From: Octopus vulgaris
Taxonomy: Eukaryota
DNA length: 64,000 nt
Direction: 5' to 3'
Assembly (NCBI GenBank): GCA_951406725.2
Contig: OX597823.1
Span: 31,806,001-31,870,000 of the forward strand
Under the pieces are notes generated by a model. That model was given only the letters and a program-made list of their open reading frames with translations, made no database searches and was not told the origin of the DNA. Below are positions 1 to 13,147 of the stretch, one piece after another (the stretch's first letter is position 1; each line of letters starts with the position of its first letter). A program made the translations under genes and the position numbers.

Positions 1-297
1 GCCCCAAGCCGATCAAATAGTTGTGAGTGTATTTGGTAAACAGAAATTAAAAGAAGCCCATTGTATGTGTGTGACGGGGGTTGTGGGTGCAAATCTATGG
101 GCATCTGTTTGTCCCCCATTCCAACTTGACAACTGGCATCGGTGTATTTGCATCCCTGTAACCTAGAAGTTTAGCAAAACAGACCAATAGAGCAAGTACT
201 AGGCTATGAATTAAGTCCTGGGGTTGATTTGTTTGATTAAAACTCTTCAAGGTGGTGCTCCAGTGTGGCCACAGTCAAATGATTGAAACAAGCAAAA

Positions 298-300
<3 letters not shown>
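1..300 (+). mobile_element. SINE family A, diverged 3' portion
   Basis: Matches the 3' two-thirds of the family A copy at 1117-1505 (…aagaagccc…cttgacaac…ggtgctccag…ggccacagtcaaatgattgaaacaag). Confidence 0.8.
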
Positions 301-365
<65 letters not shown>

Positions 366-515
366 ATACTAAATAATTAGGGTTCAGCAGAACCTTAATT
401 ATTTAGTATTACTTAAGTTTACCATGAAATGGTCCTTTTTTCATGCCGAATTCTACTAGGTGAAAATTATTGATTACTTCTTAATTAAATAATTTTACCC
501 TTTGTTATTATTGAT
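366..515. mobile_element. Short repeat with terminal hairpin, same family as 51359-51745 (Penelope-like remnant?)
   Basis: Hairpin atactaaataattagggttc-agca-gaaccttaattatttagtat, followed by aaatggtcctttt…gtgaaa…aattttaccct, which is also at 51670-51735; embedded in (TA)n. Confidence 0.55.
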
Positions 516-1116
516 ATATACGTGTGTGTGTGTGTGTGTATATATATATATTGATATATGTGTGTATGTATGTATGAGTATATATATATATATATATGGC
601 AGGGTGTTTTTAAACGTGAAATCTTCCCTTCACCTGCGAAAGTTAAGGAAATGAGAAAAGTGATTGGAGGTGGAGGATAGCAGGAGTGGTGGATAAAAAT
701 TTGATTCAGTGAGGTGAGCATTAACTCCTACATTCTGCAGTTGTAAGCAAGCATGGAACCTAAAAGAGATTTTGGAAGGGGGCGAAATGGGGTGGGGTGC
801 ATATCCGACACGCCTTCTTGGACATTGTCAGTTACTGACTCAATATTTTCCACCTACATTTTGTGATCACAAACCGAAACGTGTAATATATATATATATA
901 TGGAGAAAAAAAATTAAGATAGAAAATGCTAAAATAATTTTATAAAAAACATTTCAGTACCGGTTTCCATAATTGAGACTTTTTCAACTCTAAGTATGGA
1001 AAACAAATTTTGGAAAAATTAAAAGAAAAGATTTTTTAAAAGAATATTTGCATAGTGTTCAAATACAAGTGGCATTTTCCATTTTCCTTGTTTCTGTCTG
1101 TCTCTGTCTATATATA

Positions 1117-1505
1117 GGCGTAGGAGTGGCTGTGTGGTAAGTAGCTTGCTTACCAACCACATGGTTCTGGGTTCAGTCAGTCCCACTGTGTGACACTTTG
1201 GACAAGTGTCTTCTACCGTAGCCTCGGGCCGACCAAATTCTTGTGAGAGGATTTCGTAGACGGAAACTGAAAGAAGCCCGTCGTGTGTGTGTATGTGTGT
1301 GTGTATGTATTTGTCCTTCACTATTGCTTGACAACCGATGTTGGTGTGTTTACGTCCCTGTAACTGCTGTTCGGCAAAAGAGACCGAGAGAATAAGTACT
1401 ACGCTCACAAAGAACAAGTCCTGATTTAGGATTAGGATTTGTTCCACTGAAGGCGGTGCTCCAGCATGGCCGCAGTCAAATGAAACGAGTAAAAGAATAA
1501 AAGAA
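1117..1505 (+). mobile_element. SINE family A, full length (tRNA-derived head, CORE-like centre)
   Basis: Head ggcgtaggagtggctgtgtggtaag…gggttcagtc with A/B-box-like motifs, centre (cc/ct)ttgg(g/a)caagtgtcttct, 3' tail aaacgagtaaaagaataaaag; more than 10 near-identical copies in the window. Confidence 0.9.
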
Positions 1506-1528
1506 AATATATATATATACACACACAA

Positions 1529-1574
<46 letters not shown>

Positions 1575-1588
1575 TTGTGTGTATATAT

Positions 1589-1625
<37 letters not shown>

Positions 1626-2799
1626 AGGACGATGCTGTTGGCGTTGTATAAAAAATGTCAACAAGTCGTCATCGGGAACAACTGTAAAAGTGAACAGTTT
1701 AAAAATTAGAACTAAATAAACGCACGTGCTTTCTCGGTTCTCACACACCTACACACACCTTCATCGCCATGTTATGCGTAAAGGGATTGTCTGACAAATG
1801 TGCGTGTGTGAGAGAGAGAGAGAGAAAGAGAGTGGGTGTTTGTGTGAATGAGGGTAGATCTATGAGTAGGTGGGTGGAAGTGTGCATGTGTGTGTGTGAT
1901 TACGCTACGTCGTGGGACATAAAGACGACGCAACATAACCAACAGCAATATAAACAAAACACACACACACACACACGATAGGCTTCTCTACAGTTTCCGT
2001 CTCAGAAGATGCTAATTAATTAACCCTGCGTCATGGAATCAAACGCGGAGCCGCTTCGTTATAAGATAAGCTCCTTGATTATAATAAAGTCGTGTCTAAT
2101 TAAAACAATAAGAAACCTTAAGTTTCAACCTGCAATAACAAACTATGAACGAAGTACTTCAGGAACATCGTACTCTTTCCACGTTTGTAAACAGAAGCGT
2201 AAACCAACCAACACACACACACAATCATGTATGTGTGTCACCGATTAACAACCATTGTTACTTTCTTTTTACGTTCCCGTTTTGTAAATAAATAGCAGAC
2301 TCGTGCCCCAGCATGACCACAGGCCACGGACAAGACTCACACGCCCACAAACACGTGTGTACATTAATGTGTATACATACACATATGAAAGGGGAGAACG
2401 TACAAATTGTACACACAACACACACACAGATGCGTGTGTCCGTAGCAGACAGGTTTACGAAGTCGAAGGAAGTTTTGGAATGCAGAATCCAAGATGCAAA
2501 ATTGGAAACTTAAACAGGATTTTTAACAAAAGAACTATCTTAACCATTCTTTGTCTTCTTTATATTTAGTTGTTTTTTGGGGTTTTTTTTACTATTATAG
2601 TTATTACACACATAAACACACACACGTAATAACAGCAATACTTAAGAATAAACTAAATCAAACACACAAACTTGCAAAGATAAATAATAGTTAACATATT
2701 GTATATAAATTTTAATTTATATGTATACATTATAAATAAATTTTATAGATATAGGTAAGTACAGGAGTTGATTAGTTTGACTAAAATTCCACAAGCCGG

Positions 2800-3087
2800 G
2801 GGAAAGACTACCGTCCCCCCTCCTACCCCCCTTTTTTTAAAGAATTATTACTTTTTTTCTAAATATGAAGAAAAATACGAACATTATGATTCGGACAAAA
2901 ATTTCTAAACATTTCTGTAGTTACGATTAGGGGGTTAGGGTTAGTGTTGGGGAAAAAGTCAAAACTGAAGAATTTTGGGGGGAAGAGGGGAAATTTAACA
3001 ATGCCGATTTTTGACATTGTAAAAACAGGGGTTTTTGGCAAATTTGGGAGAAAATGTGTGGGGGGGGGGCGGTCAGAAGTCTTTCCC
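2800..3087. mobile_element. MITE with GGGAAAGACT terminal inverted repeats and 7-bp TSD, inserted in a family A SINE tail
   Basis: gggaaagact (2800-2809) / agtctttccc (3078-3087); aagccgg duplicated at 2793-2799 and 3088-3094; flanks rejoin into a SINE A 3' end; internal ggggttagggttag. Confidence 0.8.
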
Positions 3088-4514
3088 AAGCCGGTGCCGT
3101 AGCGTGGCCGCAGTCTAATGATTGAAACATTGAAACGTGTAGAAGACTAAACGCACACACACTTTCCTCAGTCACATATCACCAACTTTATAAAGGACGT
3201 TGATAATACTTAAAGAGCCGTCAAGAAAGGGGTAGAAAACTTTAACTGTAAGAGAAAGGCAAGTTTGAAGGGAAAGGTAGAAACGGGTTTATTGGAGGGG
3301 AAATTTATGCCCCTCCAGTAAAACAATTCTTTTTTTTATCTCAATGTAGGAGTTAACGGATGGCTGCAGATTCGAGATCGGTTCGTAAGACTTCGTCAGA
3401 AGAAACCGGAATGAGTGAGTAAATGTGTGTGTGTGTAAATGAAAGAACAAACAAACTAACAGAAGATATGACTGTGATCTTAATTTAGTTTTTAATTAAT
3501 ACCCAGTAATAATGGTCTGCTTGTGTATGTGTTAAAACATGTTTATGATAGCAGAGAGGAAGGGAATGAATGGTCGTAGGGTCGATTACAGCAACTGCCA
3601 ACGACATAATTTTGAGGGAGCGGTTTGAATGGATTACATCAGCACCAGGTATTTAGCTTACATACCCGTCTCCCCCGCCACCAACCCGTACCTGCGAAAT
3701 TGATTTAAAGCTAAAGCACGGCGTCAATTCAGAAAAGTTAAAAACTCATAACGCTGTCGTTTCTGCCAGTTTTTAGCCACGTTCAAATCCTAATTAGATA
3801 CACTTTTCTTTTCATCGCCAAGAGGGTCAAGCTCTGAAATGAGCCCCTTCCCCCTCCTACTGGCTACTTTAGAAAGGGTTACTGTTTAGAGGTACTTTTT
3901 AAAGCATCATCGAAGAAAACTTCACTTTGTTTACGGCGATACATCACCATCACCATCAACACAGCGGAGGTAAAGAATACACACACCACCCGTTTTCGGC
4001 GGTTAAGGTTACGTGTGCGTATTCTTTACCTTCGCCCACCAAACACGATTACAATAAAACTTGGGCCAACGAAGGCCTCTTCGTGGAAGCTTGAACTGCT
4101 AGAAATAGCAGCCAAGTCCCACAGATCATCCTCCACGCTGTCTTAAATAAGGAAAGGATGCTTTCATTAATATCATGTTACATAAACCTTAAAATGGTAC
4201 TATGGCCATGGTTGGATTGCTTTTGACCTAAACAACAACTATTATGAACCTCACAGAAGTTAGTTCACTACCAGCACAACAGCGAAATACACTCTTTGTC
4301 GTCACCGCTAGAAATAACAGCCAAATAATCCTCAAATTATACTCGGCTCTCTTGGAAAGAGGATACACTAAACCTGGAAACAAGTCGAGATGGTCATGGT
4401 TGGAACACCCTTCTTCACAGACCAGTTTGAATTACGGTCGACCTGAGGCTAAACTAATACGATACTATAATAAAGCGCAGAAAAGTTTTTAGCAGTCTGC
4501 CTCATCAGCTGTAT

Positions 4515-4790
4515 ACTTTTATGTAACATCATCTTGTACAAGTGATGTAGCAGCGTAATACTTAATGCAAAACAGCTGTGGTACGACTCGGATACATCTG
4601 TTATACAGCTGCAAGACCAGCATAACACAATGTCGTAGTACCAATGCAACACAGTTGTAATTAATACTTAGTGTAACACACCGTTGTGGAACCACCAACC
4701 TAACACAGTTGTAATACCTCTGCAGCACAACTGAGTTAGTAAACCACACAGGTGTGCTACTAATTGTTACATAACCACACACACAAAGTG
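4515..4790. repeat. Degenerate minisatellite (taacacagttgtaa-like units)
   Basis: Recurrent variants caacacagttgtaa, taacacaccgttgtgg, taacacagttgtaatac, aaaacagctgtggtac. Confidence 0.5.
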
Positions 4791-4894
4791 AAACTTACTA
4801 TAATTGTACGCACTGGACAGGTATACATACCTTGTTGACGTATTAGCGTGCATGTGAAAGTTTTAAGCATGTAACTGCGTGTATGTGTATATAT

Positions 4895-5088
4895 ATTCTT
4901 TTGTTTTCTTTGTCAAATGACTGCGGCCACGCTGGAACACCGACTTTTGTCGAACAAATCGACCCCAGGACTTATTCTTCGTAAGCGTAATACTTATTCT
5001 ATCGATCTATTTTGCCAAACCGCTAAGTTACGGGGACGTAAACACACCAGCATCGATTGTCAAGCGATAGTGGTAGGGACAAACACAG

Positions 5089-5138
<50 letters not shown>

Positions 5139-5307
5139 GACGGGCTTCTTTTAGTTTCCGTCTACCAAATCCACTCACAAGGCTTTGGTCGGCTCGAGGC
5201 TATAGTAGAAGAAAGACTCTTGCCCAAAGTGCCACACAGTGGGACTGAACCCGGGTTGGTAAGTCCCATGTGGTTGGTAAGCAAGCTACTTACTACACAG
5301 CCACCAC
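4895..5307 (-). mobile_element. SINE family A
   Basis: Reverse complement of family A along its full length. Confidence 0.9.
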
Positions 5308-5994
5308 TTCAAAACAATTTCGACAAATACCAAAGTATGCGGTACTTTCACATAAATACCTAGAATTGTTTTACTATTTCGTTTTCCTTATAGACTCTCT
5401 TAGATTCTTTTTCTGGAAAATGTATTCGCGGTGAATTCCTTTTAAAAAAATAGTTACATTTCAGCATAAATTCTAAATAAATTGTAAATAGATAAAAATC
5501 TGTTTAATATTCATCGATTTAGCCTGGCTGTTAAAAATCTTCCTATTCTAAATACAGCACACGCTGTTCCTGTACTCACACAGCAGATGAGTGTAAGACA
5601 ATGTATGTGCGTGTATGGGTATGTGCGTGTATGGGTGTGTGTTTGCGTCGGGCGTGTGCACGCGCGAACAGAAAAAGTACTTTTAACAGTCACCTATATC
5701 GCAATGTATGAACGTAATGAGATAGGATTCGGTTTCATTCATTAAAGCGCTATCATTTTAATTACAACTTAACAACTGGCGAGGTGTACACATTATATAA
5801 TATAATGGTGCTGCTCCAGCCTAATATATATATATATATATATAATGTGTGTATGTATGTATATATATATATACATATGCATGTATATGCATGGATATAT
5901 ATATATATATATATATAATGTGTGTATGTATGTATATATATATATACATATGCATGTATATGCATGGATATATATATATATATATATATATACT

Positions 5995-6265
5995 CGTTAC
6001 TTGTTTCAGTCAGTTGACTGTAGCCATGCTGGAGCACCGCCTTTAGTCGAGCAAATCGACCCCCAGGACTTATTCGGTCTCTTTTGCCGAACCGCTAAGT
6101 TACGGGGACGTAAACACACCAGCATTGGTTGTCACTTTGACAAACACAGACACAGAACACACTTACAAGGCTTTGGTCAGCCCGAGGCTATAGAAAACAC
6201 TTGCCCAAGGTGCCACGAGTGGGACTGAACTCGGAACCATGTGGTTCGTAAGCAAGCTACACGGC
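5995..6265 (-). mobile_element. SINE family A, internally deleted
   Basis: Family A reverse-complement blocks with internal gaps. Confidence 0.8.
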
Positions 6266-6287
6266 CATTTCTATATGTATATATGTA

Positions 6288-6330
<43 letters not shown>

Positions 6331-6554
6331 GTATATCATGTATATATGTATATATTTATATGTATGCATCTATATATTTATGTATGCACATGTATGCATC
6401 TATAGATTTATGTATGTATATATATATATATTTATATGTATGTATGTGTGTATATATATATATGTGTGTGTGTGTTTGTATATCATATATTTACATGTAT
6501 GCATCTATAGATTTATGTATGTGTGTGTGTGTGTGTGTATGTATATATATATGT

Positions 6555-6592
<38 letters not shown>

Positions 6593-6659
6593 TAGATATA
6601 GATATATAGATATAGATATATATATATATATATATATATAGATAGATAGATATAGATAT

Positions 6660-6697
<38 letters not shown>

Positions 6698-6749
6698 TTA
6701 TGCGTGTGTGTATATATATAATGTTACATCTCTTAGGTACGTAGTGTTG

Positions 6750-7385
6750 ACAATGAAATGATATTTATGAGGGAGAGAAAGTGGAAGAATGTGAATAGAG
6801 AGGAAGAGGAGGGGGAGAAGGAGGGGGACGAGGAAACGTGAATCAACGACAGATCCACGCATGTAAATGGTAGTTGTGGCGGCGATGGTGGTGGAACGAG
6901 ACGCGCGTGAGAGCGCGTGTGCGCGAGTATGACATGTATATTGAATGAATTTTACACACTCACACAGATACAAGATAAAAATATAGAGAGAACTTAAACG
7001 AAAGGCTAGCTTACATAATTGCATGTGCACACACACACACATGTGTGTGTGTGTGTCTGTATGTGTGTAAAATACACACACACACACACAATACAAATAG
7101 GAAACTTTAAGCTACACCCCCCTCACCCAACCCACACACTCCAGTACTGAAAAAAAATCTTTGTGAGGGGGGGGAGCGGAGTAAAGAAACTATAAAGCGA
7201 AAACTTGAAAGAAAAGAAATTGCGTGAGTGTATATTTATAGTTCACAGTATAGGTGAAAATAAATTTGCGTATGTGCTTATGCAGTGTGTGTATGTATAT
7301 AGACAGGTCTGCGCGCGCGCGCGTGTATGTAAATATACATTCACAAATGTGTGCGTGCGTGAATATAGATAGACACACGCCTGCG

Positions 7386-7423
<38 letters not shown>

Positions 7424-8253
7424 CAAACAGAGAGATATATAGTTACGTATATATATAACATGCATATATACCAAACGCACACTCACAGTACATAGACGTT
7501 ATATATACACAGGCACATACACACACACATGCCTTCAAACTTTTTGTACAAGATAAGGAGTAACAGTGAAACCATAGACATACTTTCATATACCTGTGTG
7601 TTTTATAGTGAACATGCAAATAACTTAGAGACCATAACAACGAAACGGTCTTGTAATTAATTAGCCACAAGGGCGACACATTACGCTACAGGGAGATTAC
7701 GAAAAACGGACGTACTTAACATAGATTCGGTTACGAGTTAACGAAAGAAAAACTGGATGAAAGCGAACCAAACTTTATATCAAACAATAAGTCACACAGA
7801 GACATACGTACACCATTTAATAAAAATTAACAAATTTTTGGGTTTTTTTTTTTATCGGCCACAAAAGGGTAATTAAGAAAGATCTTCAACTGACGGGGAA
7901 ACCTGACGCAAAAGAACAGAGCCAATATACAAAAATATATACACCTAATATTCAATGAAACAATACGGTAAAGCAAACACACATACGAGCGCGCGTATCT
8001 ACACACGCAGAGTGTACATATTTGAACTAAGAGACAGTATAGAACTTAATAACGATCAGTAGTAATAATAATAATTATAATAATAATAATAAATACTAAT
8101 AATAGGTCACTCACCTTTTTACTCATGTCGCAGTCTGTGAAGTGATACGGTAAATATCAAGAATTGGCGACATGTACAGACAATAATAGCTGGGCCAGTT
8201 CCTATGAGGTCCTCCCTCAAGACGTAGATTGGGGTACGTGTATGTGTGTGAGA

Positions 8254-8296
<43 letters not shown>

Positions 8297-8447
8297 TGCA
8301 GGGTAGCTTTCTGGCTATGTAGATGTGGATTTGTGATAATGATGATGATGATAAACAGGAATAGAAACTTCTTTCGTAGATGTTTTTGTGTAATAATTAC
8401 TTCTCCGGAATCAGATATAGCTCTGACCGTACATTATATACGTAGAC

Positions 8448-8497
<50 letters not shown>

Positions 8498-9500
8498 AGA
8501 TAGTGTGTGTGTGAATGTGCGAAGAAATGAAACAACGAAGACGTTACTAATAAAGGAAGAGGTAGATTTCGAAACAGGAATGGAAACAAAATACAGTTTT
8601 GATATAATCAAATCTGTTGTATATGTCGATGTATAATATATGGCTTGGGTTCAAAGATAGACGAACGGATAGTTAACATAGGTAATATGATGGGATGTGC
8701 GTGTGGAGAGACAGACAGATAGATAGATGCATGGATGGATTGACGGATGTTAACGAAGCATGTGTGTGTGTGTGTAACGTATATTTTTTGCGCCGTTCAC
8801 TCGGGCCTTTAACCTTTCAAAGACTTCATAAACAGGAGTGCCTGGCTGCAATTCGTTATTAAAAGTTGCTGTGGTTGTTGTATACAAATGTTATGTATGT
8901 GTGTACAATATACATATATGTGTGTGTGTGTTTGTGTTGGTGAGGTTATATATATATATATAAATTTGTGTATATACTTATATATATGTATACACACAAT
9001 ATATATATATATATATAAGTATATATATATTGAAACAACAATCCAGCAATAGAATTCTCGAGCTGTGCACTTTCACCAGCAAAACAACATTTAGTAAATA
9101 AAAACGACCCCGGCTGAAGGTGGTGACGAGGGCGGAGGAGGAGAAGATGAAGGGGAGGAGCAGCAGCGAGCGGGAGATGAAGGAGGAGGAGGAGCAACGA
9201 CGGCGACGGGTGGCGAAGGAGGAGGAGGAGGTGCTGCGAATAAGTGAACGGGAGGAGACATCGTAGAATTAGAAGGAGGAGGAGGAATCGCGTAAAGAGA
9301 AGGGGAGGCTATTACGAAATAACATAAAATGAATGTAAACATATAAATAATAACAAAAAAAAAAATTCTTGTGAACGAAACAAAACAAGAGAAGTCATCA
9401 ATGAACGGTGTTTCAAGATGTGTAGAAATCGTAAGAACACACACACACAAATAATATGCGGGAAAAATGCATAGGGAAAAATATTTATAGTACTTTTAAT
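6750..9500 (-). promoter_or_regulatory. CpG-rich, SINE-free promoter / 5'UTR-like zone with GGA-rich tract (9100-9310)
   Basis: Many intact CpGs (gcgcgcgcg, cgacggcgacggg), no SINE copies, adjacent donor at 8114. CpG density judged by eye. Confidence 0.4.
8115..8126 (-). CDS. Putative first coding exon (Met-Ser-Lys-Lys, phase 0) of an unidentified minus-strand gene
   Basis: Minus strand reads gcgacATGAGTAAAAAG|GTGAGTgacc: consensus splice donor right after an in-frame ATG, in unique, SINE-free, CpG-rich sequence. No downstream exon identified. Confidence 0.4.
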
Positions 9501-9729
9501 TGTACTTATATATATATATATATATATATATATACGCACACACACCCATGCTTATCTATATAACTGGACACCTTGATATATTCAAATATATTCACGAATA
9601 CAAGTAAATATGCAATCTTGTATATTGCTATATATTGTATGCATATGTGTGTGTATGTGCACTGTTAGTGTATATTTTTACATATATAAATGCAACAATA
9701 TTTTATATACACACACACACACACACACG

Positions 9730-9767
<38 letters not shown>

Positions 9768-9965
9768 CACACACATATATATATATATAGATATACATAT
9801 ATACACGCGCGCGCAGATAGGTAAGCATACATACGTACATAGAAATGTATAGATTTACAATCACATATATATATATTTATATATTTATATACACACATGT
9901 ATACATATCTATACATTCATATTTATACACACATACAAATATATGCAGCGTGATCTATCTATCTA

Positions 9966-10012
<47 letters not shown>

Positions 10013-10080
10013 CTGTTTGTTCTTCCTACTTGTGCAGAGTCGCTCAAACTTTTATAAGGAGCGGGTTACACCAGAGTAAA

Positions 10081-10216
10081 CACATAAATGTGAAACAAGG
10101 TGGAAAAAAAGAGTACTCAAATACCAGTGGTAGAGTAATATGGTTTATTTAAAGCAGCAGAAAATTCAACAAAATCTGTTACTCTGAGTTTCTCGTTGCC
10201 GTTCATCAGACAGTTT
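10081..10216 (-). mobile_element. HHR-bearing short repeat, family E
   Basis: cacataaatgtgaaacaaggtgg…tactcaaatac…ctgttactctgagtttc…ttcatcagacag is shared with 28288-28418, 31545-31620 and 33241-33420. Confidence 0.7.
10176..10213 (-). ncRNA. Type I hammerhead ribozyme motif
   Basis: Minus strand CTGT-CTGATGA-ACG GCAA CGA-GAAAC TCAGA GTA-ACAG: intact CUGAUGA and GAAA cores, stem I CUGU/ACAG, stem II with GNRA loop (one A·A mismatch), stem III ACU/AGU, GUA cleavage triplet. Confidence 0.7.
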
Positions 10217-10538
10217 GGAGTGGCTGTGTGGTAAGTAGCTTCCTTACCAATCACATGGTTCAATTCCACTGCGTGGTACCTTGGGCAAGTGTCTTCTACT
10301 ATAGCCTTGGGCCGACCAAAGCCTTGTGAGTGGATTTGGTAGACGGAAACTGAAAGAAGCCCGTCGTATATATGTATATGTATGTGTTTGTGTGTCTGTA
10401 TTTGTCCACCCACCCCCAACATCGCTTGACAACCGATGCTGGTGTGTTTACGTCCCCGTAACTTAGCATAGAATAAGTACTAGGCTTACAAAGTCCACGG
10501 CCGCAGTCAAATGACTGAAACAAGTAAAGAGTAAAAGA

Positions 10539-10540
<2 letters not shown>
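10217..10540 (+). mobile_element. SINE family A, internally deleted
   Basis: ggagtggctgtgtggtaag…aaacaagtaaagagtaaaagag. Confidence 0.85.
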
Positions 10541-10590
<50 letters not shown>

Positions 10591-10636
10591 TTACCCATGC
10601 GTGTATCTATATATGTGTGTGTGTCTGTCCGTATAC

Positions 10637-10673
<37 letters not shown>

Positions 10674-12109
10674 ACACACTATGAATATACATGTTATGTG
10701 CAGATATCTATATACATTATCCTTATTTACTCTTTTACTCTTGTTTCAGGTATGTGATTGCGGCCATGCTGGAGCATCGCCTTTAGTCGAACAAAGAAAC
10801 CCCAGGACTTATTCTTTGTAGGCCTAGTACTTATTCTATAGCTTCTATAGCTGGATGCACTTCCTAATACCAACCATTTTAATGCGTTAACTGGGTGCTT
10901 TTCAAATGGTACCAGCAACACTGAGGATCCCAAATAATTTGTCAAACAAGACCCCTCAACAGTGGGGGAAGTATTGAGGAATAGAAAAGATGGAGTGGGA
11001 GTGAGAGAGAAAGGCAAGGGGAGAGACAGGTGGTGAAGATACGAGAGGAGACAGCCCCCCCCCCGTACACCAAAGTTATAGGGTGGTGTATGTAGTGAAG
11101 TGTGGACTGGGGATGGAGTGGAAAAGGATGGAGTGTGGAGGGGTGGAGGTCACAAAACTTCGAAAGGAGAAAGGGAGTTAGATGTGGGGGAAGGGGGAAA
11201 AACAAGTGGTGAACATGGGTCGATTGAGTGGAGGAGGGGTTTCACAAACATGGACTTTACTTTGCTGAGTGTGTTTTCTCAATCCATAGTATATCACCAT
11301 TTGTCTTGATCCTTAGTCATCTTATCAGTGAGGCTCAGATCATTTCTCACCAATTCATCCCCCATCTTCCTAGGTCTTCCTCTCACACTGGTTCCCCCCC
11401 CCCCCCGCATGTAGAGATCACACACATTATATATATATATATATACAAAATAAGAAAATGGAGGAATAGATTCCTTTCAAACATCAACTTACAGATAATA
11501 CCAATTCATATAATTTATTAACTAATTAAATAGGAACATCCAAATCCAACAGAATAAGACAGAATAAAACAATATACATCAATGAGTAAGATAATACCAT
11601 AAAAATAATACATATAAAATGGATCATAACCCTTATCTCACTTTGTATATTGCATATTAAGTTTTTATAGAAAATGTGCATGTGTGTGCATGCAGTGTTA
11701 TTTTCGAAATTCCTTCGTAAGCACCAACAGGCATTGGAAGCAGAAACGGCTGTAAGAAATGTTATGTCGTTTTGTATTAAAAAATAATCATCAGATCTGG
11801 TCCAATTTGTTTCTTTGTTGATCAAAAGTTTTCTCAATTTTCTGATTATTCAAATTTAATTCCTGATAAACTTTTTGCTTATTCTGTTGTTACCTATACT
11901 CTATGAGCATAGTGTGCCTGCATACCCATGCCCAGGGAGAGCACAGGTAAATGATACCCGTAGTAAATATGGATACTTTTATCCTTTAGTCGGTTACTAC
12001 AACTGCTAACTCTGCTTACCTATCATCATCATCATCGTTTAACGTCTGCTTTCCATACTGGCATGGGTTGGACGGTTTGATTGCATGAAAAACAGACATT
12101 AAATGATTA

Positions 12110-12730
12110 TGATGGTGTTTACGTCCCCGTCACTTAGCGGTTCGGCAAAAGAGACCGATAGAATAAGTACTGGGTTTACAAAGAATAAGTTCCAGGGTCG
12201 ATTTGCTCGACTAAAGGCGGTGCTCCAGCATGGCCGCAGTCAAATGACTGAAACAAGTAAAAGAGTAAAAGAGTATATGCACAAACACACATACATATAT
12301 ATATGTGTGCGTGCGTGTGTGTGTGTGAACGTGTCACTCTCTCGTTTCAGTCATTTGACTGTAGCCATGCTGGAGCACCACCTTTTTAGCCAAATAAATT
12401 GACCTCCAGGACTTATTCTTTGTAAGCCTAGTAATTACTCTATTAGTCCTTTTTGCTGAACCGCTAAGTTACGGGCACATAAACACACCAACATCAGTTA
12501 CCAAGTGATGGTAGTGGGGGTGGGGTGGGCAAACAAATACACACACACACACACACATATATATATAACAGCCTTCTTTCAGTTTCCATCTACCAAATGC
12601 ACTCACAAGGCTGTGGTCAGTCCAAGGCTATAGTAGAAGACATTTGACCAAGGTCCCATACAGTGGAACTGAACCTGGAACCATGTGGTTGGGAAGCAAA
12701 CTTCTTATGACACAGCCACTCCTGCACCTA
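12110..12730. mobile_element. Two family A SINEs tail-to-tail (3' part on +, full copy on -)
   Basis: 12110-12275 is the + 3' half; 12340-12730 is a reverse-complement full copy. Confidence 0.85.
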
Positions 12731-12749
12731 TATTTATATTTATATATAC

Positions 12750-12797
<48 letters not shown>

Positions 12798-13147
12798 TCA
12801 CACATACAAGTAAATGTGAATAATCATAGTTACGTATGTGTACACAGACACATGCACGCACATACGTGTTTGGCATAAGTATCAGAAGAACTTCATATTG
12901 TTCTTAAAGTCATCTTATATCAGCCATGGACCACTATCATCCACCCTTCTTTGCCACTCATATTCACTAGTATGTGCCTCTGTACAGTGATATACTGTAC
13001 AGCTCTCTCTCTCTCCACTTTTACTGCCTCTACCTTCCCTCCTACGCCTGTCATTTCCCTATCCTCAATTTTATTATTATTATCATTATGCACTTCTTCA
13101 CTGTTTCTGTGCTGCCAGTCAGCACCTACTCTCCCCCAAGCCACATT

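Noticed and set aside
2928-2945. Telomeric TTAGGG repeats (also 36100-36114)
   Set aside because: Only about two units, internal to a MITE; not a telomere.
9091-9450. Pro/Ser-rich 119-aa ORF
   Set aside because: Low-complexity reading of a GGA-rich tract with no recognisable domain or splice support; more likely UTR or promoter sequence.
11790-11890. Minus-strand coiled-coil-like frame QQNKQKVYQELNLNNQKIEKTFDQQRNKLDQI
   Set aside because: Bounded by stops, weak acceptor, no recognisable homology.
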